From: Eledone cirrhosa | Taxonomy: Eukaryota | DNA length: 64,000 bases | Reading direction: 5' to 3' | Assembly: GCA_964016885.1 (NCBI GenBank) | Contig: OZ024750.1 | Location: 18,972,001 to 19,036,000, forward strand | Shown: positions 44,500 through 58,960 of the stretch, one piece after another | Numbering within the stretch: position 1 is the first letter of the stretch | Layout: the number at the start of each line of letters is the position of its first letter | Program-made: the position numbers and the translations under genes | Notes under the pieces: generated by a model | What the model saw: the letters and a program-made list of their open reading frames with translations, nothing else | What the model was told of the DNA's origin: nothing | Databases searched by the model: none

Positions 44500-45339
44500 A
44501 AGAATGAGAAATAAAATAGATTGAGGGGAGGGGCGGGATGCAATTGTCTTTAGATAAAAATAACAGGTCCATTCATGTTGACATCTCTTGCAAAACTGTT
44601 GGTGCTGGCGTTTTGTGTATGATTTGTTTTTTTTAGAAAAGTGGATGATGGCAGACGTCTAATTGAAATGAACAAAAAAACGTTTTGTAAAAAGAGCTAT
44701 ACTTGAGCACGTGCGTAAGCATGAGTTTGTGTGTGTGTGTACACACACACACACACACACACACTTATATATGTGTGCATGTGTGCGTGTGTTTACATAT
44801 ATGTGTGTGTGTGTATATACACACATATATATATATATATATGGTTCAAATAACTTGATATAGTCTACCACAGCCAAATATTCTTTAAGTTGACATTTAC
44901 CATTTATTTACCATTCTTCTCAGAACTCAAAAGATGTTTATTCCCCCCCCCCCCCCCCCCCCCCTCCACCCCTTCTCCTCCTCCGCACAACAAATTTATA
45001 TCTTTTTCTACTGATAGTGTTATTGTTTTTGCACTGACATACAGTTATGTCGTCTACGAATCAACAGAGTCGTTAAAACATCACGGAGAATGTTTTACGT
45101 ATTGTATTCGTTTCGCCTTTCTACGTTCTTTGTTCAAATCTCATCGAGGACGACTTTGCCATCTCACTCAATACTGGGGTCGAATCTTTCTCTGTATTTC
45201 TTTCTCACTTCAGTCTCTCTGTTCCCCCTTCTCTTTCTCTTTCTCTCATTCCCTGGAAGAAATCGGTTGTATTAAAACATGGAGAAGAGATAGAATCTGC
45301 CGGGCTTAACGTGCTCAAGACGGCACCCTAATGACTCCA

Positions 45340-45712
45340 TCAAGAGTTACGGCGCTCTGAGAAGTATGTTAAGAGTACTTATATCTGTAGAATGCTTAGC
45401 CACTTACACTATAATACAAACAAGAGTCACTTTACCTGTGTCATGCTGAATCTCCCTGAGAACTAGCTTATGGATACATAAAGTATTCAGTCACTTACAC
45501 TGAAATACAGATGCACTTAAACCTGTAATTCAAAGGGTTAGCCTTGTCACATATTTTGTGCCGCCGAATCTCCCTGAGAACTATGTTAAAGATGCAGGTG
45601 TATGTAGAATGTTCAGCTACTTGTAAATTCATTTTATGAGTAGAGCAGGTTGATCCGCTGATCGAATCAACTAGATCACACTCCTCATTGTAACTGACGG
45701 AGGTCCATCACA
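45340..45712 (+). mobile_element. Degenerate dispersed repeat (SINE-like, CTGAATCTCCCTGAGAACTA family) with internal duplications
   Basis: Related segments at ~34050-34200 (minus), ~38945-39000 (minus) and ~42165-42340 (plus). Confidence 0.55.
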
Positions 45713-45832
45713 GCATATAACGAGCTTAATAGAGAGAAAGAGAGAGATCAAGAGAGAGAGATCAAGTGAGAGAGAAATCAAGAGAGATCAAGAGAGAGAT
45801 CAAGAGAGAGAGAGATCAAGAGAGAGAGAGAT

Positions 45833-45874
<42 letters not shown>

Positions 45875-46164
45875 TGAGAGAGATCAAGAGAGAGAGAAAG
45901 AGTGAGAGAGAGAGAGAAGAAGAGTGAGAGAGAGAGTAAGTGAGAGAATGAAATCAAGAGAAAGAGAAAGAGTGAGACTGAGCGTTTTTAGTAAATGGAA
46001 CCGAACCAATAGTTCTCCATTTAAATTGAAAATTCTCGGCCACATTTGTTTTGGTTTTGGAACCAAACCAAAGAATACAGAAGATTCTGTCTTTAAAAGG
46101 AACTTTCCTTCTGTCTCAATGGATAACAACCGTAAGCAGATCTTTTATATGTTCATTCATTGAT

Positions 46165-46201
<37 letters not shown>

Positions 46202-46289
46202 TTTTTCTTTCTGCTCGTGGACTTCTGTCTTTGTCAACCTGTCTGCATATCTCCACCACTGCCTCTCTCGATATAACTGTACACACACA

Positions 46290-46447
<158 letters not shown>

Positions 46448-46453
46448 ACACAC

Positions 46454-46490
<37 letters not shown>

Positions 46491-46559
46491 TACATATATC
46501 AAAAACCTCGCAAAACTAATTCATCGCCGTTATATATGTATATATATATATATATCTCC

Positions 46560-46600
<41 letters not shown>

Positions 46601-47379
46601 TTCACACACACACACATTGACACACACACACACTCACACACACACATGCCAAGGTACAATGGTGTTGATTAAAACACGGATGAGTGTGTTCATGATGGCA
46701 AAGCAGAATTGAAAAATTGAAAAGAAAAATAAAAGGAAAGAAATAAAATAGAAAAACCTTTCCACAAATGCACCATCTTTCATTGTTTAGTAAGAAATAT
46801 ATATATAATATAGCCGAGATCAGATTTTATTAAGTTGGCAATAAATTCATTGAAAGTCGGTGTTGGAAATGACGTCATTGCACCAATTAAAGAAATGATG
46901 GAATAAATTGCACCAGTTAAAACCAGTTGAAACGATGAAAGACCACCCTATGTCAATGTTGAGACATACTAATCTTACTTTAAATCAACATGAAAACGAA
47001 ATATTTTCAGCTATAAGGAAATTTTCACATGTCGCTTAATCAAAATCTGTCTTGCACGAGTGCCATCGTCCAGATATATCAACGATATATCAACGAGATT
47101 TCAACGAGAATTCACGAGATTTAGGCTGTTATTAATTGGAAACTGATTGACTGAATTTCGCTGCTGCACGTTATACAACAATGAATGACGTCTCTCCAGT
47201 AGATTTTTATACTTGATTACATTTTCATGGCTGGCATTATAAAGGAAGAATACTGCTGCTTCTTCTACTTGTACCAATGATAAATATGTTGACCAGTTGG
47301 GTAGAATAGCTGCTGGGATGTCGGAAGATTTAGTTGTTGGAATGTTGAGCAGATGGGTTGTTGACATCTGGAGCTGTTG

Positions 47380-47680
47380 GTATATTGGAATGTTGAGTTG
47401 TTGCTCAGTTGGTTTGTTGGTCAGTTGGTCAGTTGGTTTGTTAGTTTGTTAACTCTTGGTTTGTTGTCTGTTGAGCTGTTGGACTGTTGGTTTGTTGGTC
47501 TGTTGGTCTGTTGTTCTGTTGGTCTGTTGGTCTGTTGGACTGTTGGTCTGTTGGTTTGTTAATTCTTGGTTTGTTGTCTGTTGAGCTGTTGGTCTGTTGG
47601 GTTATTGGTCAGTTGGTTTGTTGGTCTGTTGGTCTGTTGATCTGTTGGTCTGTTGTCTGTTGGTCGCTTGGTTTGCTGCT
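47380..47680. repeat. Degenerate (GTTGGTCT)n array
   Basis: Visible directly. Confidence 0.85.
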
Positions 47681-47932
47681 CATATAATGTAGCATATATA
47701 CATAATGAGATAGTGATACGTCTTGGATCATAATTATATCATTTAGGGCTGGCCTAGGGCTACCAGCGATAATGACGACTACGATGACGACGACGACGTC
47801 AACCCCCCCAACTATAATCACCATCACCACCACCACCACCTAAAGTATAAAGAAGGTATCAATAGAACACAGGGGTGCCTTCCATTTACAGTTCTTTTTA
47901 ATATATTCTGTGTATTCAGTTAGATCAATGGC

Positions 47933-48268
<336 letters not shown>

Positions 48269-48375
48269 ATACTATATATATATATATGTATATATAGTGA
48301 AAAATGGAACGGGAACAAAACACAGAGGCAGTACGAACAAAGGTTTATTAGTTTCACGCTCAGTATATATATATA

Positions 48376-48597
48376 CAATGATATTAAATAAATGGAAACT
48401 ATATTTATAAAACCATATTTATTCTATGATATATATTTCAAGAGTACCAAAACTGTGGTACGCTCTCATCAGATAACATACAAAGTTTGTTTTATAAATA
48501 TTGACATAACCAGGAAGAAAACATGTCGAGTGCTTTGAATCAGTTATAAACATTTATATTTATTGAATTACCAACAAATTAAATATCCCTTTTGCTT
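48376..48597. mobile_element. Family H element: inverted hammerhead segment joined to the 3' tail
   Basis: Minus-strand HHR at 48424-48476: TTAT-CTGATGA-GAGCGTACCA..TGGTACTCTT-GAAA-TATATA-TC-ATAG. Plus-strand tail has TCGAGTGCT (~48526-48534). Confidence 0.75.
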
Positions 48598-48676
48598 ATA
48601 TATATATATAAACATATATGTCTGTACATATATATCTATCTCTCTCTCTCTCTATATATATATAGGTGTGTGTGTG

Positions 48677-48788
<112 letters not shown>

Positions 48789-49287
48789 GATACATACGTT
48801 AATACATATATACATACGTTAATACAAATATATTATCTAGCTAGCAGTGTCTATCATTTTTACTTAAGATATATTCATTCAACAGATTCATAGTCTAAAG
48901 TTATCTTTCCTTTATCTTATTTTTTATTTATATCAGCTACCATTGAGCATCACTGTTCATTCTTCTATTCGTGTTGTTTAGATACATCTATCCTGATTTT
49001 AATGTCGTCTGATTAGTCAACTATATATAATTTTCTCTACTACTGGATTCAGTTTTCTGTATGTTTTAATGTTTTTTTCTTCTATAGGAATTGATATTTG
49101 GGTATATTTGAGTTTATTTTTCTTTTTCCGATTTATTTGTTGTGTTATTTTTCAGATTTATCTGTTGTGTTTTCAAATCAGTAGTCAGAATATATTCGTA
49201 ACCATATTGTTTTGTGTATTGTGTGTGTATCAGGTGTAGGTCTGTCGGTCTGAGAGTTTAGCGCTACGTGTGTGTGTATTGAGGATG

Positions 49288-49652
<365 letters not shown>

Positions 49653-49674
49653 CATGTGTGATTACATTATTGTA

Positions 49675-49866
49675 AGGGCGGTAGATTGGCAGTATCGGTA
49701 GAGGGTCGGACGCCATGCTTTGCAGCAAAGAGTTACGGCCCTTTATGATCTGAGTTCAAATCCCGCTGGGGTTAACTTTGCCTTTCATCCTTACGGGTCG
49801 ATAAATAAAGTACCATTAATGCACTGGGCAATTGCTGGCCTTGTGCCTAAAGTAGAAACAATTATT
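49675..49866 (+). mobile_element. SINE S1, full length
   Basis: Matches the S1 consensus; ATTATTGTA on both flanks (TSD-like). Confidence 0.85.
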
Positions 49867-49950
49867 GTATAATACATTAAGAGAAGGAAAGAAGGACTCC
49901 TTTTGTCCAAACGAAACTTGGGAAACAACATAATTATATCTGTGTATATG

Positions 49951-50033
<83 letters not shown>

Positions 50034-50038
<5 letters not shown>

Positions 50039-50460
50039 TTTAAATATTAATAAAATAGATGTTCTTGTGATCAATTAAATTTTATTATACATATTTCAGA
50101 GGTACTTGAATCAGGTTCAACAGTACGTCCTCATCAGATAAAATAAAATGATACATGACATACCCTGAGATGTTAGATGGTTAAGATTTAATCACTACCT
50201 TGATTAAATCTTAACCATCTAACATCTCATGGTATGTCATGTAGCATTTTATTTTATCTGATGAGGACGTACTGTTGAACCTGATTCAAGTACCTCTGAA
50301 ATATGTATAATAAAATTTAATTCATCACAAGAACATCTATTTTATTAATATTTGAATTTTAGTATTAATAACTCTGGAAAATATTTTTTTCTGTAGAGTG
50401 CTTCCAATCTACTGTAAAACTCATTCTTTGATGTAATCATTGAATCTTGTTTAACTCTTT
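50034..50460 (+). mobile_element. Family G element: ~160-bp-arm palindrome with complete hammerheads on both strands
   Basis: Plus-strand HHR at 50252-50315: TTTTAT-CTGATGA-GGACGTAC..GTACCTCT-GAAA-TATGTA-TA-ATAAAA; axis at ~50194-50200; GAGTGCT at 50396-50402. Confidence 0.85.
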
Positions 50461-50461
50461 A

Positions 50462-50515
<54 letters not shown>

Positions 50516-50909
50516 TCTTCTAACGTTTGCTTATCTCCGAGTATTAATAATTAATCATACTTAGATGTGTTATGTTGATGACAAAGTTTGATAATTCAGA
50601 ATTGTTAAGACATGTTTTGATAAGACTGTAGTAGTGTCATATGAAAGACTCTGATAATGTCGTAGTGTTCAGATCTTGACACCTCTTCCCACCTCTCCGC
50701 TGGTTTCTTATATTTTTGCATATTTGCTTCTATTTGCTTTCTTTCTAACGAAATTGTAAGACTTTATATATCTTTGTGCTTCATCAGAACCTTTGAATTA
50801 AGTGAGCTGTGAAGATCATTCATATATGGTTTCTATTTTTTGAATCCTTACTTGTGATTGTAGATAGAGTTTCTCTTATTTTCGTATAGTATGTAAAACG
50901 ATTTCTGCG

Positions 50910-50984
<75 letters not shown>

Positions 50985-50988
50985 TTAT

Positions 50989-51175
50989 AGGAACGAGTAG
51001 GACCCCGACGGCTGAGCTCAAGCCGTTTCGACGGCTAATTCAGAATTAGCCGTCGAAACGGCTTGAGCTCAGCCGTCGGGATCCTACTCGTTCCTATTAC
51101 CCACTCTACTACCCTAAGTATTGAGTACTTTGGTGCGTTATGGTCCATCTGGTTCCTTACCACATTTCCTCCGTT
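50989..51175 (+). mobile_element. Family A element, copy 6
   Basis: Palindrome with a shortened stem II plus tail. Confidence 0.85.
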
Positions 51176-51200
51176 ATATATATTTATATATATATATATA

Positions 51201-51472
51201 TAAAATATTAAACAAATAATGAACAAACAATTCCTTATATTAAACAAAAAAAGTTCACTATTTAACGATTTCGTTAAATAGTGAACTTTTTTTGTTTAAT
51301 ATAAGGAATTGTTTGTTCATTATTTGTTTAATATTTTATCTTGACTCTGTATACCGTTTATCTTTCACCGAAATTGGATTTTCATTACATCTCTTCTTTC
51401 CATGATATCCGGAATACATTGAGTTCTTCATACGGATTGGACACTACCGTAAACTCTTGGTAGATTTATCTA
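51201..51472 (+). mobile_element. Family F element with a near-perfect ~67-bp-arm palindrome
   Basis: Axis at TAACG-ATTT-CGTTA (~51263-51276); tail has ATTGAGTTCT. Confidence 0.75.
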
Positions 51473-51657
51473 CATATATATATATATATGTATATATATA
51501 GTATTAATAATAAATTTGAAGACTAAAATCCAAAGAGGGCTGGATAAGGATAAATATATATCAAATATATATATAATATCTGCGATTATATATATATATA
51601 TATATAAGTATAAAAGAGAAAACACAGGTAAGCATTAAGAGAAGGATTTTATCCAGG

Positions 51658-51749
<92 letters not shown>

Positions 51750-51931
51750 ATATTTCAATGATTTGGCCAACGGTTCTGTATGGTCATGAGATATGAAAAA
51801 TGGCAGCAACGTTGCCAAAGGAAAATTCTTTCAGGTCATCCACAAATAAATTAAGGGTTAAGTTCGTATTTCTGTCCTTCTGTGAGCCAATGATGTATCA
51901 TTCACATTTCTCGAGCATGTATATACGTATG

Positions 51932-52295
51932 TTAACCCTTTCTCTTAATTTCGAGTATATTTTTTTGACCGGCCACCTTCCTGGTGGCAAGGTTGTAAAA
52001 GAAAAGAAATTGTCATCCCTTGAATCGCAAGAATGTTTTGCAAATTTTGACGGTGCCAGATCGCAGCTATTTGTAGACTATGAATTAGGGAGCTGCGCTC
52101 TTTATCCACAAATCCAAGTTCAGTCATACGTTGGTCCAAGTGGGCTGGTATATAAACTGTAGCTCCAATAATAATGGGAATGAAGCTGAAGGTGTATTTT
52201 GCATACTGGATCTATAAACTCCTCATCAATGGTCCGTAGATGTCCCCCTTCAATGTGTGGTACCAAACAACTATATCAGGCCGGTCGTACTTTAA
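51932..52295 (-). mobile_element. R4/Dong-like LINE, copy 3 (diverged, internal deletion)
   Basis: Homologous to 20593-21060; (TATG)n at the 5' junction and a degenerate TATG at the 3' end. Confidence 0.8.
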
Positions 52296-52329
52296 TGTAT
52301 GTATGTATGTATGTATGTATGTATGTATG

Positions 52330-52363
<34 letters not shown>

Positions 52364-52799
52364 TGTATGTATGTATGCATGTATGTATGTATGTGAGTGA
52401 AGGATCCCTAGCCTTTGTCAGGGCATTATTCTAGGAGAAGGCACCTCAGGAAACTGGGATAACTCCGACATAAAAACTGCGGCTCAGTAGTTACCGATGA
52501 TGTTGATCTTTTCTTCTTTTAGGGTTATAGCTACTGCCGCCCAGAGAGTGGGATTGGCTCAGTGCACAGACTTTCCTCACTTTAAAAAAAATCTTCACGC
52601 ACAGGCATTGCACGATAGAATTTATTAATAATTATTAATAATGTTATATCGTGCAATGACCATACTCGATAACGATGGGCCAGCTATCATGTATGTATGT
52701 ATGTATGTATGTATGTATGTATGTATGTATGTATGTATGTATGTATGTATGTATGTATGTATGTATGTCCTGTATAAATTTACTGTATTTTAAGACTGC

Positions 52800-53090
52800 A
52801 CAGTTCTTAATATTCATCCGTCCTCTCATTACATTAAGTTTGCTTTCTATTAACAGTCTATGTCAACCAGTGTTTTTCTAATTAAATTTTTAAAATATTT
52901 TAGTTTTTCTCTCTTTGATCATGTCTAATAAATCTTCTTCCTTAGTTTTTACCATTCTTAGTAATTCAACATTGATTTTGTGTTCTGTCTATGATATTTA
53001 CGAAACTCTTCATCCCAAAGACTTTTAATCTATTTAATAAGAATTTTATTAAAGACTATGTTTATGTCCTGTCCATGATATTATCATATT
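52800..53090 (-). mobile_element. Degenerate RTE-type LINE fragment (another at ~53860-54080)
   Basis: Broken frames read NRLKVFGM..TEHKINVELLRMVKTKEEDLLDMIKERK..LLIESK; the second fragment reads LLKCYI..GTETWT..NRLEVIEM. Confidence 0.55.
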
Positions 53091-53217
53091 CTTTTATATA
53101 CTCCCATTACACACACACACACACACAAACTTACACACACTCACACACACAACCTCTCTCTCTCTCTCTCACTCACACACACATACACACACATGCATAC
53201 ACACCCACACACCTATA

Positions 53218-53316
53218 CAAGGTGTCTCCCAACATGTATACACACTTTGATTACCAATACAGGCAATATTCATTAGAATGTTGTTGGAGTGTGTATACAT
53301 TTTTGGGGTCACCCTG
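53218..53316. mobile_element. Small Tc1/mariner-type MITE
   Basis: Imperfect ~29-bp TIRs CAAGGTGTCTCCCAACATGTATACACACT / AGTGTGTATACATTTTTGGGGTCACCCTG. Confidence 0.65.
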
Positions 53317-53330
53317 GATATATATATATT

Positions 53331-53362
<32 letters not shown>

Positions 53363-53471
53363 TATATATATATATATTTATGGATATATATATATATATT
53401 TATACATATTTATATATATATATATATTTATACACATAAATATTTATATATATATATATTATACACACACA

Positions 53472-53514
<43 letters not shown>

Positions 53515-53517
<3 letters not shown>

Positions 53518-53772
53518 AAAGTTCTATTTAAAATTGTTGGGATACAACAAGTAAATATTTTTATAACTGATATAAAGCACTCGACAAGTATTTGGCTTCC
53601 AAAAATAATGGTTGCATTTTAAAAGGGTACGTCAAAGCTTATTTGTACAAATATATACAAATATATTGTATTTTGTCTGATGAAGGCATACCATGATTTA
53701 ATTTGGTATCCCTGAAATATGTATAATGAAATAAATATGGTTTTATAAATATAGTTTCCATTTATTAATATC

Positions 53773-53773
<1 letters not shown>
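53515..53773. mobile_element. Family H element, second copy
   Basis: Plus-strand HHR at 53669-53733: TATTTTGT-CTGATGA-AGGCATACCA..TGGTATCCCT-GAAA-TATGTA-TA-ATGAAATA. Minus-strand tail has GAGTGCT at 53576-53582. Confidence 0.75.
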
Positions 53774-53860
<87 letters not shown>

Positions 53861-54234
53861 CGTCTATGTTTATGTTTGTCCATGACTACATCTCAATAAC
53901 CTCTAATCTATTCGATAGTAAATTTATTGATGTCCATGTTTCAGTTCCTAATACTGAAGGGGATTATATATTTATATATAACATTTTAATAAGAAATTTT
54001 CTCTTCTGTTGATATTTCTTGATATTATATTTAACGTTTCTTTCAAATGTGTTTCTAACTTAAATCACAATTCTCCATTTTGAAAAGGAAATGATGCAGG
54101 CACTTCCGGAAGATGGTAAGGGCAACTGGTGGTACAGCTTAAAGGTTTATAAAACCATTGAAAATATAACAACAACAATGACGATAATACAGTCATACCT
54201 CATATTGAATGCAACTGTAATAATAATAGTAATA

Positions 54235-54540
54235 ATTGTTTCTACTTTTGGCACAAGGCCAGCAATTATCCAGTGCATTACTGGTACTTTATTTTATCGA
54301 CCCCGTAAGGTTGAAAGGCAAAGTTAACCTCGATTTCTAATTTAGGCACAAAGCCAACAATTTGGGAGAAGGGGAAAGTCGATTAAATTGACCCCAGTGC
54401 GTGACTGGTACTTTATTTTATCGACCCCGTAAGGATGAAAGTCAAAGTCAACCTCGGCGGGATTTGAACTCAGATCGTAAAGGGACGTAACTATGCTAGA
54501 AAGCATGGTGTCCGACCCTCTACCGATACTGCCAATCCAA
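54235..54540 (-). mobile_element. Two adjacent SINE copies (S1 and a variant 3' end)
   Basis: Match the S1 central domain; A/B boxes are present in the second copy. Confidence 0.8.
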
Positions 54541-54850
54541 TAATAATAATGATATAATAAAAAACAATCTAGCATCTTACATTGTCTATATACATTCACA
54601 CACATATATACACGTGCGCCCACATATATGTGTATATACGTTGATGAGTATATGTTATATACACATGATTGTAGAGGTTTGTGAGCTCCTCTCCACTCCC
54701 CCTGTCTCGTTGGTGTATCTATTTATTTTCTCTTCAACCTCTGCTATCAATGAAGGGAAACAGGGGATTTCTTCAAAAATGTTTATTTAATTGAACCATA
54801 AAAATATATACTGCCATCCTTAATCAGAAAGAAACATATTGGATTTATAT

Positions 54851-55688
54851 AGCAGCAACAGCAGCAGCAACAGCAACAACAGCAGCAGCAGCAATAGCAA
54901 CAACAGCAGCAACAATAGCAGCAACAGTAGCAGCAACAGCAGCAACAGTAGCAGCAACAGCAACAACAGCAACAACAACAGCCACAATAGCAGCAGCAAC
55001 AGTAGCAGCAACATCAGCAGCAATAGCAGTAACAGTAGCAGCACCAGCAGAAACAGCAGCAGCAACAACAGCCACAATAGCAGCAGCAACAGTAGCAGCA
55101 ACATCAGCAGCAATAGCAACAACAGCAGCAGCAACAGCAGCAACAGTAGCAGCACCAGCAGAAACAGCAGCAGCAACAACTGCCACAATAGCAGCAGCAA
55201 CAGTAGCAGCAACATCAGCAGCAATAGCAACAACAGCAGCAGCAATAGCAGTAACAGTAGCAGCACCAGCAGAAACAGCAGCAGCAACAACAGCCACAAT
55301 AGCAGCAGCAACAGTAGCAGCAACAGCAGCAGCAATAGCAACAACAGCAGCAGCAACAGCAGCAACAGTAGCAGCACCAGCAGAAACAGCAGCAGCAACA
55401 ACAGCCACAATAGCAGCAGCAACAGTAGCAGAAACAGCAGCAGCAATAGCAGAAACAGTAGCAGCAACAGCAGCAGCAACAGCAGCATAGCAGCAGCAAT
55501 AGCAGCAACAACAGTAGCAACAGCAGCAGCAGCAACAGCAGCAGAAACAGCAACAGCAGCAGCAGCAGCAACAGCAGCAACAGCAGCAACAGCAGCAGCA
55601 GCAGCAATAGCAGCAGCATTAGCAACAGCAGCCGCAACATCAACAACAGCAGCAGCAACAGCAACAGCAGCAACAGCAGCAACAGTAG
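54851..55688. repeat. Compound (CAG/CAA/TAG)n array with higher-order repeats
   Basis: The block AGCACCAGCAGAAACAGCAGCAGCAACAAC..CCACAATAG recurs four times. Confidence 0.9.
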
Positions 55689-56067
55689 ATGGCAATGTCG
55701 ACCTCAGCAGGATTTGAACTTATCTTCTAAAATCTAGCGGAGTCAATCTCCTCTCCAAGTTAGAACACAGCTGATTTCTTCCAGAGAAATAAAGAGAAAT
55801 ATAAAGAGGGATAGAGAGAGAAAGAGAAAGAGAGAGAGAGAGAGAAAGAGAAAGAGAGAGAGAGAGAGCGAGAAAGAGAGAGAGAGAGAGGGAGATCAAG
55901 TGAGCAAGTGATATAGAGGAAGAACCAACTCTAGTACTAGAATGGTATGCTTATTTTTTTATCGAGCTCGAAAGGGTAAAAGACAAATTTGACCCCGGTG
56001 GGATTTGAACTCAGAGCGTAGAGAGCCGGATAGAATACCTCAAATCATTCTATACGACGTTCTAATG

Positions 56068-56329
56068 AAGGCATGTCAAACATGCGGGTCACGGGTCGCA
56101 TGTGGCCCTTTACAAGCACACCTGCGGCCTGCAGAAAGGTTTTTACAGCGCGTGCATGTTTTATCTTCGTAATATAAAATAAAATAAATTAGTTGTCGTG
56201 TGTGGCCCTCAGACAGCACATATGTGACCCATGTGGCCCTCAGACAGCACATATGTGACTCATGTGGCCCTCAGACAGCACATATGTGACTCATGTGGCC
56301 CACAGGGGACACTCAGTTTGACATGCCTG
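56068..56329. mobile_element. hAT MITE (same family as 4186-4423) nested in an old SINE (~55925-56356, minus)
   Basis: TIRs (A)AGGCATGTCAAAC / GTTTGACATGCCTG; 8-bp TSD TTCTAATG at 56060-56067 and 56330-56337; internal ~30-bp unit repeated three times. Confidence 0.9.
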
Positions 56330-57408
56330 TTCTAATGAATCTGCCAATTCGCCGCTCATGGGTATTCATATACGTTATCGTATATATAAAAAGTAAAGGC
56401 AAAGGGCCCTTAATTCTTGATGAAGTCGTAGGGGTATTTTCATGATACACGACGTGTCTCGGGCATTTTAAACATGGCGGAGCCCATTAATCTCTCGGCC
56501 GGAAGCCAGTCGATTTCTTCCAGAAAAAGAAAGAATCGAGCTCCAGTAGTAGGCTGGACCTTTATTTATCGACCCTGAAAGGACGAAAGGTAAAGTTGAT
56601 CTCAGCGGTACTTGAACTCAGAGTACAGTGAGCTAGAACAAATACGAAAAGATTTTTAATCCGACACCCTAACTTCTCTGTCAATTCACCACCACATATG
56701 TGTGTGTATATACAAACAAATGCCACGAGACTTATAAGTTTCTTTATAGAGAGTAACCGAAACACGAATTTGAATACTAAGTCGAAGATTATTCAATTGT
56801 ATTATCTTCATAAGCACAATAGCAAACCATGTCCTTCAAAAACAATTCTTTTACTTTAAGTGATATAATACGATTAGATGAGCATAGCACCTTGATTGAA
56901 TGATAGGCATATAAAAGAATATATCTTTATAGGAGCTACTCAGCTCGACACCCTTCACTTAAGAATGATAACGCTATGTTATCATTTCAATAAAATGGCG
57001 AGAAAACGTAAATCCATTGGGACACTCTTGTGTTTTGACACACAAATTACATAGCCATACTCTTGCAAAACGTTTGCAATACGTAGATTATACAAAACAA
57101 ATACAGCCGCAAAATCCTTCCTATTGATAATATAAACTATGGCACAAAAAGTAATTTAAGAAAGAATAAGAACTCTATTCAGGTGGAATCCTATAATGGT
57201 GTTTATAATTATTTTAAAATTCGAGTAGATGTACGAAAGAAGAAGGATGCTTGTTTGAATACTTACGGTAAATTTTACGATAAACTCTATTATATTATAT
57301 TATATTATATTATATTATATTATATTATATTATATTATATTGTCTATGAATGAATGAATATGAACGAATTAAATGTAAAACGCTTATAATGTTTTTTTTT
57401 ATGTCATT

Positions 57409-57463
<55 letters not shown>

Positions 57464-57549
57464 AAATTGCTTTTGAAAAATGCTTGGAGTTAAATGTCTA
57501 TTTTATTATTGTGTTATGATGCAAATAATATAAATTGCAATCGATTTAG

Positions 57550-57638
<89 letters not shown>

Positions 57639-57744
57639 TGTGTATGTATGTGTGTGCGACGCTATGTCATAAATATGGTGCTTCATCTATTGAATAATTT
57701 CGCTTCGGTTTGTATCATTGAATACATATGTTGTATTCAATGAT

Positions 57745-57989
57745 ACTGCTGTTGTTGTTGCTGCTCAAACCCTTTCGTAATTGTTTACCCATTACTTACT
57801 CTGCCACACATGTGCACTACACACAACCCCACAGATGATGATGATGATGATGTGTAAGGGAGGTAAGGAGGACGACAATGGGAGTAAAAAGACGACGGCG
57901 ACGAGACGGGGCTGGGAGAAAATAGAATATTTATTTGATTACCTCAATTGAATGGTTATTAAGCCACAGATCAACTGTGTACTTGCTTG

Positions 57990-58055
<66 letters not shown>

Positions 58056-58960
58056 AGCGAGGCGGATTCACTGCTCTCTATCAACTGAGCTATCGGTTGA
58101 CTTGCTGCTTGTCACCGTATTTAACATATATGAAATAGGAAAGCGTGAATGAAATTGGATTTCATTAGTTCAGTTCAACCTTGATTAAGAATATATTTGT
58201 TAATTTTATATTGCAGCTATCATGCCTAACATGTATTTTTCTTTTACATAGGGATCATAGAAATTCATTATTCAATATGGTTTTCTCTTTTAAAGGTATA
58301 GGTAATAATAATACGGTGATTTATAAGATATTTCTAGGAGAGTAATCGTCGTTGATTTATGAAGTCATAGTATGATAAGCTTAAAGTTGGTTAAAGCATT
58401 GGAAAAGACCAATAGATTGTTGCTGTTGCTGTTGCTGTTGTTGTTCCTGTTCAAACTCATTCGTAAATGTTTACCGATTCTCCCACTTTCACTCTCTCTT
58501 TCCCCCCTCCTTACTCCCTTTCGCTTTCTCTGCATATTCCACTCTCTACTGCTCCCTGTCTCTACTCCCCTAGGTGTATGTTTGTATGTTTCTATGTGTA
58601 AATTTTAAAGAAAAAAGACGACGAGACAGATGAGATGGGGGAGAAAATAGAATAGTTACTTACCCGCTCGCTAGACGGATTCGAACCAACGACCTAACGA
58701 TGACGTATAACAAACTACGATCCCGTGCTCTACCAACTGAGCTATCGGTTGACTCGCCGCTTGCCACCATATTTAACATATATGAATTAGTAAAGCGTGA
58801 ATGAAATTGGATTTCATTAGTTCAGTTCAATCTTGATTAAGAATATATTTGTTAATTTTATATTGCAGCTATCATGCCTAACATGTATTTTTTTTTACAT
58901 AGGGATCATAGAAATTCATTATTCAATATGGTTTTCTCTTTTAAAGGTATAGGTAGTAAT
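57745..58960. repeat. ~650-bp tandem duplication carrying tRNA-Tyr-like sequence
   Basis: CAACTGAGCTATCGGTTGAC at ~58082 and ~58734; the following ~220 bp are near identical. Confidence 0.85.
58666..58751 (-). pseudogene. Intron-containing tRNA-Tyr(GTA) pseudogene
   Basis: CAACCGATAGCTCAGTTGGTAGAGCACGGGATCGTAG[tttgttatacgtc]ATCGTTAGGTCGTTGGTTCGAATCCGTCTAGCGAGC aligns with eukaryotic tRNA-Tyr, with a 13-nt intron one base after the GTA anticodon. A/B boxes are intact; acceptor and anticodon stems are broken. Confidence 0.75.

Noticed and set aside
54839-55717. 292-aa Ser/Asn/Ala ORF resembling an antifreeze or structural protein
   Set aside because: A (CAG/CAA)n array open on both strands, with a non-ATG start, ending inside a SINE fragment.
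58666-58751. Functional tRNA-Tyr gene
   Set aside because: Acceptor and anticodon stems do not pair and U33 is substituted; called a pseudogene.
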